64,000 nt of DNA from NCBI GenBank assembly GCA_031370005.1, contig JANMPT010000024.1, positions 1-64,000 of the forward strand. The letters run 5' to 3'. Origin of the DNA: Bdellovibrionales bacterium. GTDB lineage: Bacteria; Bdellovibrionota; Bdellovibrionia; Bdellovibrionales; Bdellovibrionaceae. The notes under the pieces were generated by a model, which worked only from the letters and a program-made list of their open reading frames with translations, did no database searches and was not told where the DNA came from. This document shows, piece after piece, positions 1 to 10,438 of this stretch (the stretch's first letter is position 1; each line of letters begins with the position of its first letter). A program made the translations under genes and the position numbers.

Positions 1-3000
1 TTCTGAGATCTGGGGCTCACCAAGATTTACTTTTTGCTCAACAACCCTTGTCCCAACGGTCATTTCTTTAAAATGCAGGTCATAGTGAGCGGTGTAAGGG
101 TAAATACCTGATGATAAATATCCGTTTGTATCTTTTAACTCAATTCCATAGGAAACCGCAGCCATATCTGGAAGCCCGGTAAAACTCATCACCGGACTTT
201 TCAGATTGGCAGCTTGAAAAGTGGCATCAATTTTCTCAGGTGTTAAGACGGACTGAGTGTTCTTATAGCTCACCTTGTACTGAATATTATATAAAAACTC
301 TTGAATGTTATCGACGCACTTTATGTCGTCAGCGGTGGGCTTACTGCCAAATAATTCCGTTTTCAAAGAACAATATGGAAGATTTACCTTTACCTTATCC
401 ACCAAACTTCCACTTTGCACCGGAACAGTTACTTCCACTTTCCGAGTGGACATATCAAATAAGTTTGTAACTAAAGCTGTCGGCTTTGCCCATGAGCTCT
501 TATAGACAAGACCCGCACCAAGACTTTCGCCAAGGGATTTAAATGTTGGAATAGAAACTTTCGTTGTCACCGCACCATCAAAGGTATCTGCGCCGGGTTT
601 ATCCTTTGCACCAACAGGGCGTACCGTTGGGCCAAGGGGAGCGGCATAGGCTAACGAAAAATGTCTGATCCCCTGGCCAGGCTTTGTTACAATGGATTGA
701 CCAGAGTCACTGACAACTGCGGCACCTCCAACTTCCCACTTTCCGGTTTTGGAATTCATCAAAAGAATAACGAGCTCTGCATTAGGCGCAAATTCGTTTT
801 TATTTGGCAGTGTCAGGTTAACGGGTTCTGAAAATGTTGTACCGGATGGCTCAAGGGCAATAACTGACTTTGGCATCGCGGCTTGGATTGGCAGAATTGT
901 TGATTTGTCAGAATCAATTTCTTGCATAGAAACGGGGGCCTGGGCTGCGCCATCTGGAAATTGAATGCTTCCGGCTGGAATATCCAAAGACACTCCAGGG
1001 GCGTGGGGGCTTGTCACCGTGGCGCCAGCACTTGCACTGACTTGGGTTTCTGTTCCATCAAGCACGATGGGTGCTAAATAAATTGGCCTCTGAAGAACAT
1101 TGGTTTGGTTTAAACTAATTGTAATTGCTAATTGGACTATTGAAAAGCTTCGTTGATCAAGCCCCGTTGCTTGGGTGATTGTTCTTCCATCGACAATTAA
1201 ATTTTGATCTCCGTAGATCAGCTTTCCACCGGTCATTGCCTGGGTGAATTTGAAAATACCATTTGCATCTGTATTTACAGAAATATTGGTGTTTGCCAGA
1301 GAAACTTTGGCGCCAACCAGAGGCTGTCCATCAATGTCACGAACCGTTCCAGCCAGGAGATTTCCATCCGGCGCCCCAAATCTGAGAGTCACCTTTTCCG
1401 TTTTATCTATGAGAGGATCATAGGCTGAAACCTCAACTTCTGTAAAAGCTGCCAGGGCAATGGCAAAAGCACCGTCTTTATCTCCAAGAGCTTCTCCTGA
1501 ACTAAAAATGCTTGCAGAGGCCTTCACCCTAACCCCAGGCCGGGTGGTACCGGCTCCGCCTTTGACTATTATAGTGTTTGATTTAGGGTCTGCAACAAGG
1601 CTTAAAAGCTCAGGGTTAAGCGCCTTTAAAACCACATTCACATTTACGACTTTGTATCCAGTATTACCGGCTAAATCTGTGGCCTCAAAATTCAGCACCA
1701 AGGGACCTTCGTGTAAACTGGTAAATGTTCCGGTTACTGATGTTTTATTAGAATCCAGGGTTAAGAGTTGGCCATTGACCTTTGCTTCTTTAATAGCCTC
1801 GTTGCTAAGTCCGCTTATATAAAACTGCACCCCATTCACGTAGTCGCTGTCTTTTGGTGCCGCTATTGCCAATACCGGCGGAGTTGTGTCGCGGACGATG
1901 ACAACTTCTTTGGATTGCGAAATGTTTCCGGCCGCATCCGTACTTACGACTCTAATTGTGTTATTGCCTTCGCGATTTAAATTTACCACAGCCGGAAAGG
2001 CTTTTGATCCGGTGGAAAAGAAAAGCTCGTCATTTACATAGACATCCGTGAACGTGGGGCTGAGGTCAGTTACAAATACTGGGACCTCGTAGCTCATCTT
2101 ATTGGTCAAGGTGCTTTCCACTAAACGGATTTCCACAAGTGGTGCGGTTCTGTCGATATGAAAAGTGACACTCAATGGATCTGACACATTTTGCGCCTGA
2201 TCTGAAATCTCAGCAGTGAGCGCGTAATTACCTTCCTCGAGTGGATTTACATCACCACTCCACTCATAGGCCCAGCCATCGCCAATATTTCTTGGAGATA
2301 ACTTGCTTGTGAGATCATTTGAATAATCCGCACCGCTCAGTGTTTTCCCAAGGAGAATTGATTGAAAAGTTGAAGCATCAATGCGCCCAAAAGCATCATT
2401 TGCTTTTAGATTAATGGGCCTTAGTGATTTTACATACTGATCCAGCAGGCTATCTGGCGCAGATTCAGCTAGCCACAGGGGTTTTACAGAGTCCGCGATA
2501 ACAGGTATTTTCTGATTTACGTAACCAATACGAAGATACTTGCGCCCCTCATTTAAGTGATAAAGCGCAACAGCGAAAGTATTTTGATCACTTGGTTTTA
2601 AGGCCTCTGTTGAAAAATCAACTGCGAAATCTATACTTTTAGATGATTGTCTGGTTTTTTTAGAGGCAATTTTCTGATTGTTGAAATAGTACTCGGCTAA
2701 AAAGCCCTGTTCGTCTTCATCATTTGAATCGTCCTTCTTTGAAACATCATTGTCCTCCTTATCGCCGTATGATTTTGCCAAGTAGACGATGTGGGATTTA
2801 AAATTGGCCCTCATGCCCTCGATGGCTGTGCCTAAATCGGAGTCAATGACAAAGCGGAAATTATTTATCACAGTTGAGATTTTACTGGAGTGAGAGGTCA
2901 GGTTATCGACCTGCAGACTGTATGTGTTTTCGGCTAAAAGATTGCCATCAGAGTTGATTCGATCGGATATTTTTGCAATAAGGCTTGAAAACTTTGCGAT

Positions 3001-3564
3001 CTCTTTTTCAAACACCGCGACGGCCTCTTTTAAGGCTTTGCCATTTTCGTATTTTTTCTTTGCCTCTATAAGTAGCTGCAAGCGCTTTTCTAATTTTGCT
3101 TGAATACTGGCGAGCTTTTTAAGAGATTCTTTGTCCTTGTGATTGTTATAAACTTTTAGCGAGAACTGATTCGGGTCTTCAGCAACAAGGCCATCGCTTT
3201 GAAAAGAGTATTGAATTTCATTATCCGAAATACTTTGCAGATTTAACTTACTTGAAACATCCGCAACTGGGCTTGGGAAAGTACCGACGATATCTATCCC
3301 TTGCTTTTTGAACTGCTCTAGCAGGCCATTTTTTTTGTCATGATCATCGTCGTGGTCTTTAGACCCTCCAAGAAGCTTAATGCTTCCTTTTATCAGAACT
3401 TTTTCGCCGGACTTAGAAGGAGACTTATCCGGAGATACCGTGACAATGAGACCTGTCCCGGGAGCCCTTCCTAAATAGCTGTTGCTAGCACCAGCTAGTG
3501 ATGGAATTAAAAAGGCAAAAAATAAAAACGCAGAAGATAACATCGAAAGGATTTGAGTTTTCAC
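1..3564 (-). CDS. Giant secreted multidomain protein (signal peptide, Ig-like repeats, carboxypeptidase-regulatory-like domain, ZU5-like domain); probable teneurin-like/RHS-YD protein, truncated by the window start
   Basis: Hand translation gives an open frame from GTG at 3564 to position 1 (1188 codons); missing from the ORF track because no stop is reached. N-terminus VKTQILSMLSSAFLFFAFLIPSLAGA; Ig-like DAAGN, DLAGN and DTTPP motifs; GTVRDIDGQPLVGAKV; GVSLDIPAGS...LEPSGTTFSEPVNLTLPN...HFS. Confidence 0.85.
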   Translation of the reverse strand, partial: MKTQILSMLSSAFLFFAFLIPSLAGASNSYLGRAPGTGLIVTVSPDKSPSKSGEKVLIKGSIKLLGGSKDHDDDHDKKNGLLEQFKKQGIDIVGTFPSPVADVSSKLNLQSISDNEIQYSFQSDGLVAEDPNQFSLKVYNNHKDKESLKKLASIQAKLEKRLQLLIEAKKKYENGKALKEAVAVFEKEIAKFSSLIAKISDRINSDGNLLAENTYSLQVDNLTSHSSKISTVINNFRFVIDSDLGTAIEGMRANFKSHIVYLAKSYGDKEDNDVSKKDDSNDEDEQGFLAEYYFNNQKIASKKTRQSSKSIDFAVDFSTEALKPSDQNTFAVALYHLNEGRKYLRIGYVNQKIPVIADSVKPLWLAESAPDSLLDQYVKSLRPINLKANDAFGRIDASTFQSILLGKTLSGADYSNDLTSKLSPRNIGDGWAYEWSGDVNPLEEGNYALTAEISDQAQNVSDPLSVTFHIDRTAPLVEIRLVESTLTNKMSYEVPVFVTDLSPTFTDVYVNDELFFSTGSKAFPAVVNLNREGNNTIRVVSTDAAGNISQSKEVVIVRDTTPPVLAIAAPKDSDYVNGVQFYISGLSNEAIKEAKVNGQLLTLDSNKTSVTGTFTSLHEGPLVLNFEATDLAGNTGYKVVNVNVVLKALNPELLSLVADPKSNTIIVKGGAGTTRPGVRVKASASIFSSGEALGDKDGAFAIALAAFTEVEVSAYDPLIDKTEKVTLRFGAPDGNLLAGTVRDIDGQPLVGAKVSLANTNISVNTDANGIFKFTQAMTGGKLIYGDQNLIVDGRTITQATGLDQRSFSIVQLAITISLNQTNVLQRPIYLAPIVLDGTETQVSASAGATVTSPHAPGVSLDIPAGSIQFPDGAAQAPVSMQEIDSDKSTILPIQAAMPKSVIALEPSGTTFSEPVNLTLPNKNEFAPNAELVILLMNSKTGKWEVGGAAVVSDSGQSIVTKPGQGIRHFSLAYAAPLGPTVRPVGAKDKPGADTFDGAVTTKVSIPTFKSLGESLGAGLVYKSSWAKPTALVTNLFDMSTRKVEVTVPVQSGSLVDKVKVNLPYCSLKTELFGSKPTADDIKCVDNIQEFLYNIQYKVSYKNTQSVLTPEKIDATFQAANLKSPVMSFTGLPDMAAVSYGIELKDTNGYLSSGIYPYTAHYDLHFKEMTVGTRVVEQKVNLGEPQISE

Positions 3565-3863
3565 TACTTCACCCAGCCTTTTAACTGCGAACCATCATTT
3601 GAATCATCACTGAGAAGGCCTTGTTCTTTCAGAAAGCTCAGATCTTCGGCTTGCAGGGCATAGAGGGGCTCTGAATTAATTTTTATTTTGATGTCTGCAA
3701 TTTGTTTTTCAGCGGCTATGACGTTCGCATCTTGGGGGATTAAACCGATTATGGATCCAATACTGGAAGAACCATTACTGGAACTGTTGGCACCATTTGT
3801 ACAGCCAGCCATGAGTAAAGCTGACACGAGTATGAGTGAAACTCTAGGATGATTCCAGTCCAC
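3564..3863 (-). CDS. Small putative lipoprotein
   Basis: Lipobox-like LLMAGC after a hydrophobic stretch; RBS GGAGGG; its TAG overlaps the GTG of the giant gene. Confidence 0.7.
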   Translation of the reverse strand: MDWNHPRVSLILVSALLMAGCTNGANSSSNGSSSIGSIIGLIPQDANVIAAEKQIADIKIKINSEPLYALQAEDLSFLKEQGLLSDDSNDGSQLKGWVK

Positions 3864-3899
3864 AAACTAGCCCTCCGTCTAGGAAACTGGTTTCAGTTA

Positions 3900-3927
3900 T
3901 AAACGGATGAATATTCACTAAACTTTA
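3900..3927 (-). promoter_or_regulatory. Possible sigma-28-type promoter for the lipoprotein/giant-protein operon
   Basis: TAAAGTTT -35 element; TAAA-N16-TCCGTTTA with a weak -10. Confidence 0.35.
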
Positions 3928-4064
3928 GTATTTTGTTTAAAATTTGTTTGCCTCAGATTTGGAATCTCATGAAAAACGATGACTTAGCCCAAGTGAAAAT
4001 CGAGGGCGTTTTATTGTGACACGAAAAAGTACCTTAAATTGCGAGAGGCCCCTTGGGCTTTAAG

Positions 4065-5153
4065 TCATACGTAACTAAATCTCAGATTCTCGTCCTCAGC
4101 ATGCTTTTCAAATGCGAAGCCAATAAGCTTTGTAATCAACTCTGTGTACCCAACGCCAGTAGCTTCCCACATTTTTGGGTACATTGAGATCTGAGTAAAG
4201 CCAGGAATTGTATTAATCTCATTCACATAAAGTATTCCATTTTTCTGTAAAAAGAAATCAACGCGAGTCAGCCCATCGCAGCCCATCACTTGATAGGTCT
4301 TCACGGCCATCCTTTGAATCTTTTCGACTTCTTCTGAAGTCAATTGCGCAGGTATTACAATTGAAGCACCTTTTTCATCGGAATATTTTGCGTCATAGGA
4401 ATAAAACTCATGATGAGCAATTACCTCCCCAGGCAGAGAGGCTTTTGGCGTTGCATTGAGGCCCATCACTGAACATTCAATCTCACGCCCTTGAATAAAT
4501 TCCTCAGCCAGGACTTTGGTGTCATAGGAAAAAGCGTCTTTAAGATCTTTTTCAAAATTATCTTTTGATTTAATTTTATGGACGCCGACCGAAGACCCGG
4601 CATTAGCGGGTTTTATAAAAAATGGAGATCCAAGTTCCGTAGTCAAATGTTCGTAAGACATTTTATTTAATGGAGTCAATAGCTCATACTTCGCACTTGG
4701 AATTCCGGCGACCACAAGAAGCCTTTTCATTACTTCCTTATCCATGCCGGCAGCAGAACTCCAAACACCGCAGCCGACAAAGGGAAGATTCATCATTTTG
4801 AAAAGACCTTGAATTGTACCGTCCTCACCGAAGGTTCCGTGTAAGACTGGGAATGCGCAATCGATTTTTGTTTTGGTTTGTTTTTTTAAAGAAAAAACCC
4901 AAGGTTTTCCATTCTCTGAAATCAAAGCCACTGGGTCAGAATTTACGGGCAAAGCCATATCAGTTATGTGCACTACTTGCTCGAAGACCTCAAGGCCACT
5001 AAACCAATACCAAGACCCTTCTTTGCTGATGCCGATTAAGAGAAAGTCATATGTGTTTTTATCCAAGGCGTTTGCAACATTTTTAGCAGAACGAATAGAC
5101 ACTTCATGCTCCGAAGATCTTCCTCCAAAAATGAGTGCGATTGTTTTTTTCAT
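4065..5153 (-). CDS. ddl: D-alanine--D-alanine ligase
   Basis: [44 protein letters not shown]. Confidence 0.97.
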   Translation of the reverse strand: MKKTIALIFGGRSSEHEVSIRSAKNVANALDKNTYDFLLIGISKEGSWYWFSGLEVFEQVVHITDMALPVNSDPVALISENGKPWVFSLKKQTKTKIDCAFPVLHGTFGEDGTIQGLFKMMNLPFVGCGVWSSAAGMDKEVMKRLLVVAGIPSAKYELLTPLNKMSYEHLTTELGSPFFIKPANAGSSVGVHKIKSKDNFEKDLKDAFSYDTKVLAEEFIQGREIECSVMGLNATPKASLPGEVIAHHEFYSYDAKYSDEKGASIVIPAQLTSEEVEKIQRMAVKTYQVMGCDGLTRVDFFLQKNGILYVNEINTIPGFTQISMYPKMWEATGVGYTELITKLIGFAFEKHAEDENLRFSYV

Positions 5154-5803
5154 GCCATCTCCACGAGTTCTTTCGCAAGGCCCGAAATTCCTTTAAAGAC
5201 TTCATGTGGCTTTGCATTGTCATACATATATGCAGGGGTAGTAATTACTTTGTTTGCGCGATCCGTAAGGTAGTCATCGACGGGACAGGCCTCGTGTTGT
5301 GCTCCTGTTTTTAAGACTTCTGCAATGGCCAGGCTGTCTATGCCCAATGTGACTGTAACTTTTTCAGAGCCTAAGACTTTAGCAATGATCACTGGTGAAA
5401 TGCAAATTGCGGCAATGGGTTTGCTCGCTGAATGAAAAGCTCTGATGATCTTATCAATGTCCGGGAGCACAGTGCATTGGGCGCCTTTTTCAGCCCAATT
5501 GCTGAGGTTTTTTGCAGCACCGAAGCCGCCGACGAAGACAAGAGCGTCATATTTTTTGGCATCAAGAGTTTTTAAATCTTGAATTTGTCCGCGTGAAATT
5601 CTTGCTGCCTCAGTAAGGACGTTGCGTTTTGTGTGTAGGGGCTCGTTTTTAATAAAATCCAAAGCATCGAATTCGATGTTCGGCGCAAAACACATATATT
5701 GTGCATTATTTTGACTTAAAGAAATTAATAGGCTTACGGCTTCGGTAATTTCAGCACCGTCTTTGTTGCCACAGCCGGATAGAATAACAGCGATTTTTTT
5801 CAT
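5150..5803 (-). CDS. elbB: ElbB/ES1-family glyoxalase (DJ-1/PfpI superfamily)
   Basis: [38 protein letters not shown]. Confidence 0.92.
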   Translation of the reverse strand: MKKIAVILSGCGNKDGAEITEAVSLLISLSQNNAQYMCFAPNIEFDALDFIKNEPLHTKRNVLTEAARISRGQIQDLKTLDAKKYDALVFVGGFGAAKNLSNWAEKGAQCTVLPDIDKIIRAFHSASKPIAAICISPVIIAKVLGSEKVTVTLGIDSLAIAEVLKTGAQHEACPVDDYLTDRANKVITTPAYMYDNAKPHEVFKGISGLAKELVEMA

Positions 5804-5828
5804 ATTTGGCCTTATATGGAATTTAAAT

Positions 5829-6719
5829 TTATTGACCAGCTTCGAAACTTTGAACTTTGTTACAGATTTTCACGATGACTTTTTGACTCGCAGTAGGAAC
5901 CATTCCGAGATAACAGAAATCAACAAGACGAGAAAGATAAGGGACATCTGGACTGAAAACAAGTTCGTAATTCACCTTTTCTGTGTGAGTTGTATTGGTG
6001 CTCTCATCAGCTAAGTTTACGACAAGATCAAAAGAAATCTTTTTATAACGGATTTCACAGTTTTGAATTCCGCCGCAATCAGGCTTGCTTGACACTCCTG
6101 TAGGCGCAGGTCGTTTGCCTTCTGAAATTTGTAGGTTGTGACAAGTCACATCCCAACCTTTGTCTTTAACGCAGGCCATGAGCATGTTCTGTACAGTTAA
6201 GACACCTAAAAATTGACTTTGAGTTCCTCCGGAGCGCAGGCCTACGCTGCCGTCAGCCATTGATTTTTGCAAGGCCTCCAGTGAATTTGGAAAGACCGCT
6301 TTTGCCTCCAGGGAAGTCGGCATTTCAGCTAGAGTGGCCGAGGTCTTCGGAACTGTGATATCGTTTTCAAAAGCTGTGACAGGTTTAAAGTTGCCATTTT
6401 CCATGGCCTGAGCGCGAATTAAGAATTTGTAGTCGATGTTGTCGGCATTTTCCACGCGTCCAATAACCTGTGTGGCCTCTTTATAAACAACTTTAGGATC
6501 CAAGGTTGCGATTTTTTGATCCTGTTCAATATAGAGGAACTCATTTAAACGAATCGAGTTAAAATCCGCATTGCCCCAAGCTGCGAGAATTGCTTTTTGA
6601 ACTTGATCAGCGGGCACAACGGGACCATTATCGTCGCTCAATGAGGGTGGCTTCAGGCAACTCGTGCAAGCAATAAGAAGACTGAGCAGCAATAATGCAG
6701 TTTTTGGTCTTTGGATCAT
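5829..6719 (-). CDS. Hypothetical lipoprotein
   Basis: ATG at 6719 overlaps the upstream TGA; LLIAC/TSC lipobox-like signal; several Cys. Confidence 0.75.
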   Translation of the reverse strand: MIQRPKTALLLLSLLIACTSCLKPPSLSDDNGPVVPADQVQKAILAAWGNADFNSIRLNEFLYIEQDQKIATLDPKVVYKEATQVIGRVENADNIDYKFLIRAQAMENGNFKPVTAFENDITVPKTSATLAEMPTSLEAKAVFPNSLEALQKSMADGSVGLRSGGTQSQFLGVLTVQNMLMACVKDKGWDVTCHNLQISEGKRPAPTGVSSKPDCGGIQNCEIRYKKISFDLVVNLADESTNTTHTEKVNYELVFSPDVPYLSRLVDFCYLGMVPTASQKVIVKICNKVQSFEAGQ

Positions 6720-7807
6720 ATGGAGTCCCAGCCCCAGATCCAAAGATTCAGTGGAAGAATTTTGGAAAGCTTTTCGCATGTTTCGGGTTTGAAAACCTCT
6801 AAAGTTCCGATGTCTACTGGGCCAAAAAGTAAATGAGTCAGATTGGTTTCACCATCAAGAATTGCAAGGTCTCCATTGCAGCCAAAGATACACCTGCCGT
6901 CACGTTTTTCTAAGACAATGTCTGAAACACCTTCAGCACGAAAGGCGCGTTTGATTTTCGCTGACAATTGATCAAAGTTCAGAACCTTGATCATACCTAG
7001 ATAGCCTTGATTGTAAGTCACTGGTTTTTCACGCAAACGTTGAATCAAGTTTTGCGAGTGACGTGGCACAATGACCGTAATAGGTTGTTGTTTTTCACGG
7101 CGAATATAGCTCAAGAGTGTCAGGATCGCCGTCACAGAACCGCCCCATTCATGGATATAACCACCAAGGTCCGCACCTTTGCCTTCAATGGCATACGCAG
7201 CCAAGGGGCCAGAGGAATCCCAAGCGGTATACACTTGAGTTTGCGGAATGTGCAGAAACTTACGGGTTTCCTCAACAGTTCTAACAGAATTTACTGAGTG
7301 TGTAGAGTAAAGGCGGTGAATGGCTTCCGCAGCCACCTTAGAGTCCTTTGATAGGCGAAGTGTTGGGTCTGGAGCTGGGAACTCTTCTTCAACAACCATG
7401 CTAATTTCAGTTCCGGCAAGTTCAAAGCCCATCTTACGGTAGAAGTCATAAAGATCGGTCCATAAAATTGCGATATCACACTGTTGTTGAGTGGCCTGTA
7501 AGAGGCAGTCCTCGATAATTTTGGTACTCAAACCCTGATTACGATGGGCCTCATTGGTTACGACGGAGCCAATCGCTCCAACTTTGAAAATAACGTGTGG
7601 GGATTTCACCACTAACGGCTTTAGTACCGCATGAGATACCACCTGATTGGCCTCAGTAATAATTCTCATATTATGAAGGTTGTTTGTAGAAAAAGCAGTG
7701 GGGTATTCGGCGGCAATGGACCACGCCGATTGCGAGCGAAGACTTTGATTTAAGAAACTTAAGACTGCCGGTAATTCAGACTCTGCCGGTGAACGTGGTC
7801 CTTCCAT
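6716..7807 (-). CDS. GNAT family N-acetyltransferase (Eis-like architecture)
   Basis: VVTNEAHRNQGLS acetyl-CoA motif A, FYRKMGF; RBS GAGGAGG. Confidence 0.85.
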   Translation of the reverse strand: MEGPRSPAESELPAVLSFLNQSLRSQSAWSIAAEYPTAFSTNNLHNMRIITEANQVVSHAVLKPLVVKSPHVIFKVGAIGSVVTNEAHRNQGLSTKIIEDCLLQATQQQCDIAILWTDLYDFYRKMGFELAGTEISMVVEEEFPAPDPTLRLSKDSKVAAEAIHRLYSTHSVNSVRTVEETRKFLHIPQTQVYTAWDSSGPLAAYAIEGKGADLGGYIHEWGGSVTAILTLLSYIRREKQQPITVIVPRHSQNLIQRLREKPVTYNQGYLGMIKVLNFDQLSAKIKRAFRAEGVSDIVLEKRDGRCIFGCNGDLAILDGETNLTHLLFGPVDIGTLEVFKPETCEKLSKILPLNLWIWGWDSI

Positions 7808-7922
7808 GGATCCTCCTCATTGAAACTCTTTTAGTTTAGCGAACTCAGTTGCTTTCTTCAGTGTTTGTTAACGATTTTTGGGGTTTCCAGCCCTAAATGC
7901 GACCTCGGTCCTGAGGCAAAAA

Positions 7923-7950
7923 TTGACTTTTCCCTAGCTTCCATTATATT
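7923..7950 (+). promoter_or_regulatory. Putative sigma-70 promoter for the fdx-nth-thi operon
   Basis: TTGACT-N16-TATATT. Confidence 0.45.
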
Positions 7951-7971
7951 AAGGACCAATTGGAGATAGAA

Positions 7972-8211
7972 ATGGCTGATTTAGATCAAAAATGGAAAGA
8001 AAATAAGCATGGAAAAATGTTTGTTGATCAATCCTGTATCGCCTGCGATGCCTGCATTTTAACAGCTCCAAAGAATTTTGCTATGGACGAGGAAGACGGT
8101 CATGCCTTTGTTTCTAAACAACCTGAAACTCCTGATGAGGAGGCAGCTTGTAAAGAAGCTATGGAGGGCTGCCCTGTAGAGGCCATCGGCGACTTTGGGG
8201 ATAAGGAATAG
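7972..8211 (+). CDS. Single-cluster ferredoxin
   Basis: CIACDAC...CPVEAI; RBS GGAG before ATG 7972. Confidence 0.92.
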   Translation: MADLDQKWKENKHGKMFVDQSCIACDACILTAPKNFAMDEEDGHAFVSKQPETPDEEAACKEAMEGCPVEAIGDFGDKE

Positions 8212-8857
8212 ATCCAAGTCAGTGAAAAAGGCTCCTGCTAATGCTAAGATCGTCCTAAGTCTACTCAAAAGGTATTATCACGATGCTCATTGTGCTCTTA
8301 ATCATCGCAATTCCTTTGAGCTTTTAATTGCCACAATTCTCTCTGCGCAATGTACTGATGACCGCGTCAATATAGTAACCCAAGACCTCTTTGCAAAGTA
8401 CCCAAGTGCCGAAAAAATGGCGAAAGCCTCTCTTGAGGATTTAGAGCGGTTGATTCGATCCACAGGCTTTTATAAAAATAAATCAAAAAATATTAAGACT
8501 TGTTCTCAGGTTTTGGTTGAAAAACACAAAGGGGAAGTGCCTGACAAAATGGAGGACCTTATCTATTTGGCAGGCGTCGGTAGGAAAACGGCCAATGTGG
8601 TTTTAGGAAATGCCTTTGGTATCGCAAGTGGAATCGTTGTCGACACTCACGTCACCAGATTAAGCAAGCGTCTGGGCTGGGTTCAAACTAAGGACGCCGT
8701 GGCCATCGAGAAGAGGCTTTGCGAGTTCGTGCCAAAAAATCATTGGGTCCAGCTTTCCCATGAGCTCATTTTTCATGGTCGTCAAATCTGCAAGGCACGT
8801 AAGCCCCAGTGTGAGAGATGTTTTCTTTATGAGCATTGCCCCAAAAAGGGAGTTTAG
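8195..8857 (+). CDS. nth: Endonuclease III
   Basis: LSAQCTD, HhH motif LAGVGRKTAN, VDTHV, C-terminal C-x6-C-x2-C-x5-C Fe-S motif. Confidence 0.96.
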   Translation: MGIRNRSKSVKKAPANAKIVLSLLKRYYHDAHCALNHRNSFELLIATILSAQCTDDRVNIVTQDLFAKYPSAEKMAKASLEDLERLIRSTGFYKNKSKNIKTCSQVLVEKHKGEVPDKMEDLIYLAGVGRKTANVVLGNAFGIASGIVVDTHVTRLSKRLGWVQTKDAVAIEKRLCEFVPKNHWVQLSHELIFHGRQICKARKPQCERCFLYEHCPKKGV

Positions 8858-8868
8858 TTCTTTGATAT

Positions 8869-9387
8869 TTGACCCGAGCCGCCGACCGGGTTTTAATCAG
8901 ACCCATGCTAGTAGCTTTTTTTGAAAGTGTAAAATACGTTGGACATCTTTTGCCCATTTCTTTCCTCAGGGTTTTTTTGGGATACTATTATCTTCAACAA
9001 GCACTGTTGAAGTTTAAAGGGGATTTTTTAACTCGTCCGCGGATTGCGGATCAAATTGCCGAGTGGCTTCCTGTAAGTCATGCTCCTAATTGGTATAAGC
9101 TTTTTATGAGCAGCCAGATCATACCTCATTGGCAATTTGTTGCTTTCATTATTGTAGGGCTTGAGTTCGCAATTGCATTTTCTTATATCATTGGCTTTGT
9201 GGTTCGCCCTGTGGCCCTCTTGGGGGTTTTGCTTTGTTTTAATATGCTGTTTTTTTCTGGCCCTATGAATGAAGATCTATATAAAACTTTTTTAGCAATT
9301 CACTTTATCATGGCATGGGTTGGCGCTGGCCGTTGTTTGGGTTTCGATTACTATTTTTTCAAACGTCGTCGCGGTATCTGGTGGTAA
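8869..9387 (+). CDS. DoxX family membrane protein
   Basis: FLRVFLG, GAGRCLGFD, four TM segments; start may be ATG 8905. Confidence 0.75.
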   Translation: MTRAADRVLIRPMLVAFFESVKYVGHLLPISFLRVFLGYYYLQQALLKFKGDFLTRPRIADQIAEWLPVSHAPNWYKLFMSSQIIPHWQFVAFIIVGLEFAIAFSYIIGFVVRPVALLGVLLCFNMLFFSGPMNEDLYKTFLAIHFIMAWVGAGRCLGFDYYFFKRRRGIWW

Positions 9388-9394
9388 CCAAGAT

Positions 9395-10438
9395 ATGAGA
9401 CATTTTATTTTATTTATCACGGTTGTTTTCGTTGGACTCTTTGTTGCCGTTCTTAACAAGACAACTGACGAAAACAAGCCTCAAGAAAACAAACCAATTT
9501 TGCGTGTTTTTGGATATGCCTCATTTACAGGTCAATGGGGTCCGGGACCCCGGCTGAAGGAGATTTTTGAACAAGACTGTGGTTGCCAAGTTCAGTACAT
9601 CGAAGGCAGTGATTCCGGAATTCTTCTTCAGCGTCTGAAAATTGAAGGCGAGAGTCTTGGAGCTGATCTGGTTATTGGATTGGATCAATTCGATTTGCAA
9701 AAAGCATTAGCTGAACAAAAATGGCGAGAGCTCAATATCTCGGGACTTGATGCCTATGAAGAAGTGAAGCCGGCCCTTCAAAACAGTTATTTTGTTCCTT
9801 TTGATTGGGGTGTGATTGCCTTTGTTGCTCGTAAGCACGAATTCAGTAAGGTGCCACAAAATCTTGATGATCTTTTAGTTCCAGAGCTTAAACGTAAAAT
9901 TGCAATCGAAGATCCACGGACAAGTTCTGCCGGTATGCAATTTTTGTATTGGGTAATTCGTGCCAAGGGAGAAGATCAGGGTTTTAAATACATTCAAAAA
10001 ACCATGGATCAAGTTCATAGTTATTCACCAACTTGGTCGACCGCCTATGGCTTGTTCACTAAGAAACAAGTAAAAACTGTTTTGTCTTACGTTACGTCCC
10101 CCGTGTATCATCAAGTGGAAGATAAAAATAATGATTATGTCGCTTTGGAATTTAAAGAGGCTCATCCAATTCAGTATGAGTTCGTAGGGATACCAGAATT
10201 CTGTAAAAATTGTGAGCTTGCGGAGAAATTTGTAAACTTGATGCTTTCGAATCAAGGTCAAAAGCTTATCATGCAGAAGAACTATATGTTTCCGATCATT
10301 AAGAATGTAAAAGAGGGGACGCCTTTTGCTGATGTTCCACAGTTCAAGACTTTGAACGACTTCCAAATTCCCTCCGCGCAAGAGGTTGAAAGACTATTGA
10401 AGAGGTGGTCCGAGATCCGTCGCGGAGAAGGGAATTGA
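9395..10438 (+). CDS. thiB: Thiamine ABC transporter substrate-binding protein
   Basis: SF..WGPGP, ADLVIGLD, PFDWG, EDPRTSS, WSTAYGLF, SYVTSP. Confidence 0.9.
   Translation: MRHFILFITVVFVGLFVAVLNKTTDENKPQENKPILRVFGYASFTGQWGPGPRLKEIFEQDCGCQVQYIEGSDSGILLQRLKIEGESLGADLVIGLDQFDLQKALAEQKWRELNISGLDAYEEVKPALQNSYFVPFDWGVIAFVARKHEFSKVPQNLDDLLVPELKRKIAIEDPRTSSAGMQFLYWVIRAKGEDQGFKYIQKTMDQVHSYSPTWSTAYGLFTKKQVKTVLSYVTSPVYHQVEDKNNDYVALEFKEAHPIQYEFVGIPEFCKNCELAEKFVNLMLSNQGQKLIMQKNYMFPIIKNVKEGTPFADVPQFKTLNDFQIPSAQEVERLLKRWSEIRRGEGN

Noticed and set aside
240..1980. Short plus-strand ORFs in the track
   Set aside because: They are antisense shadows of the long minus-strand ORF at 1-3564
4065..5153. Ligase as a Van-type D-Ala-D-Lac enzyme
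   Set aside because: The omega loop reads FYSYDAKY, typical of D-Ala-D-Ala ligases; no vanH or vanX nearby
7860..9400. Expected TPP riboswitch upstream of thiBPQ
   Set aside because: No CTGAGA...ACCTGA core seen; thiB abuts the doxX gene
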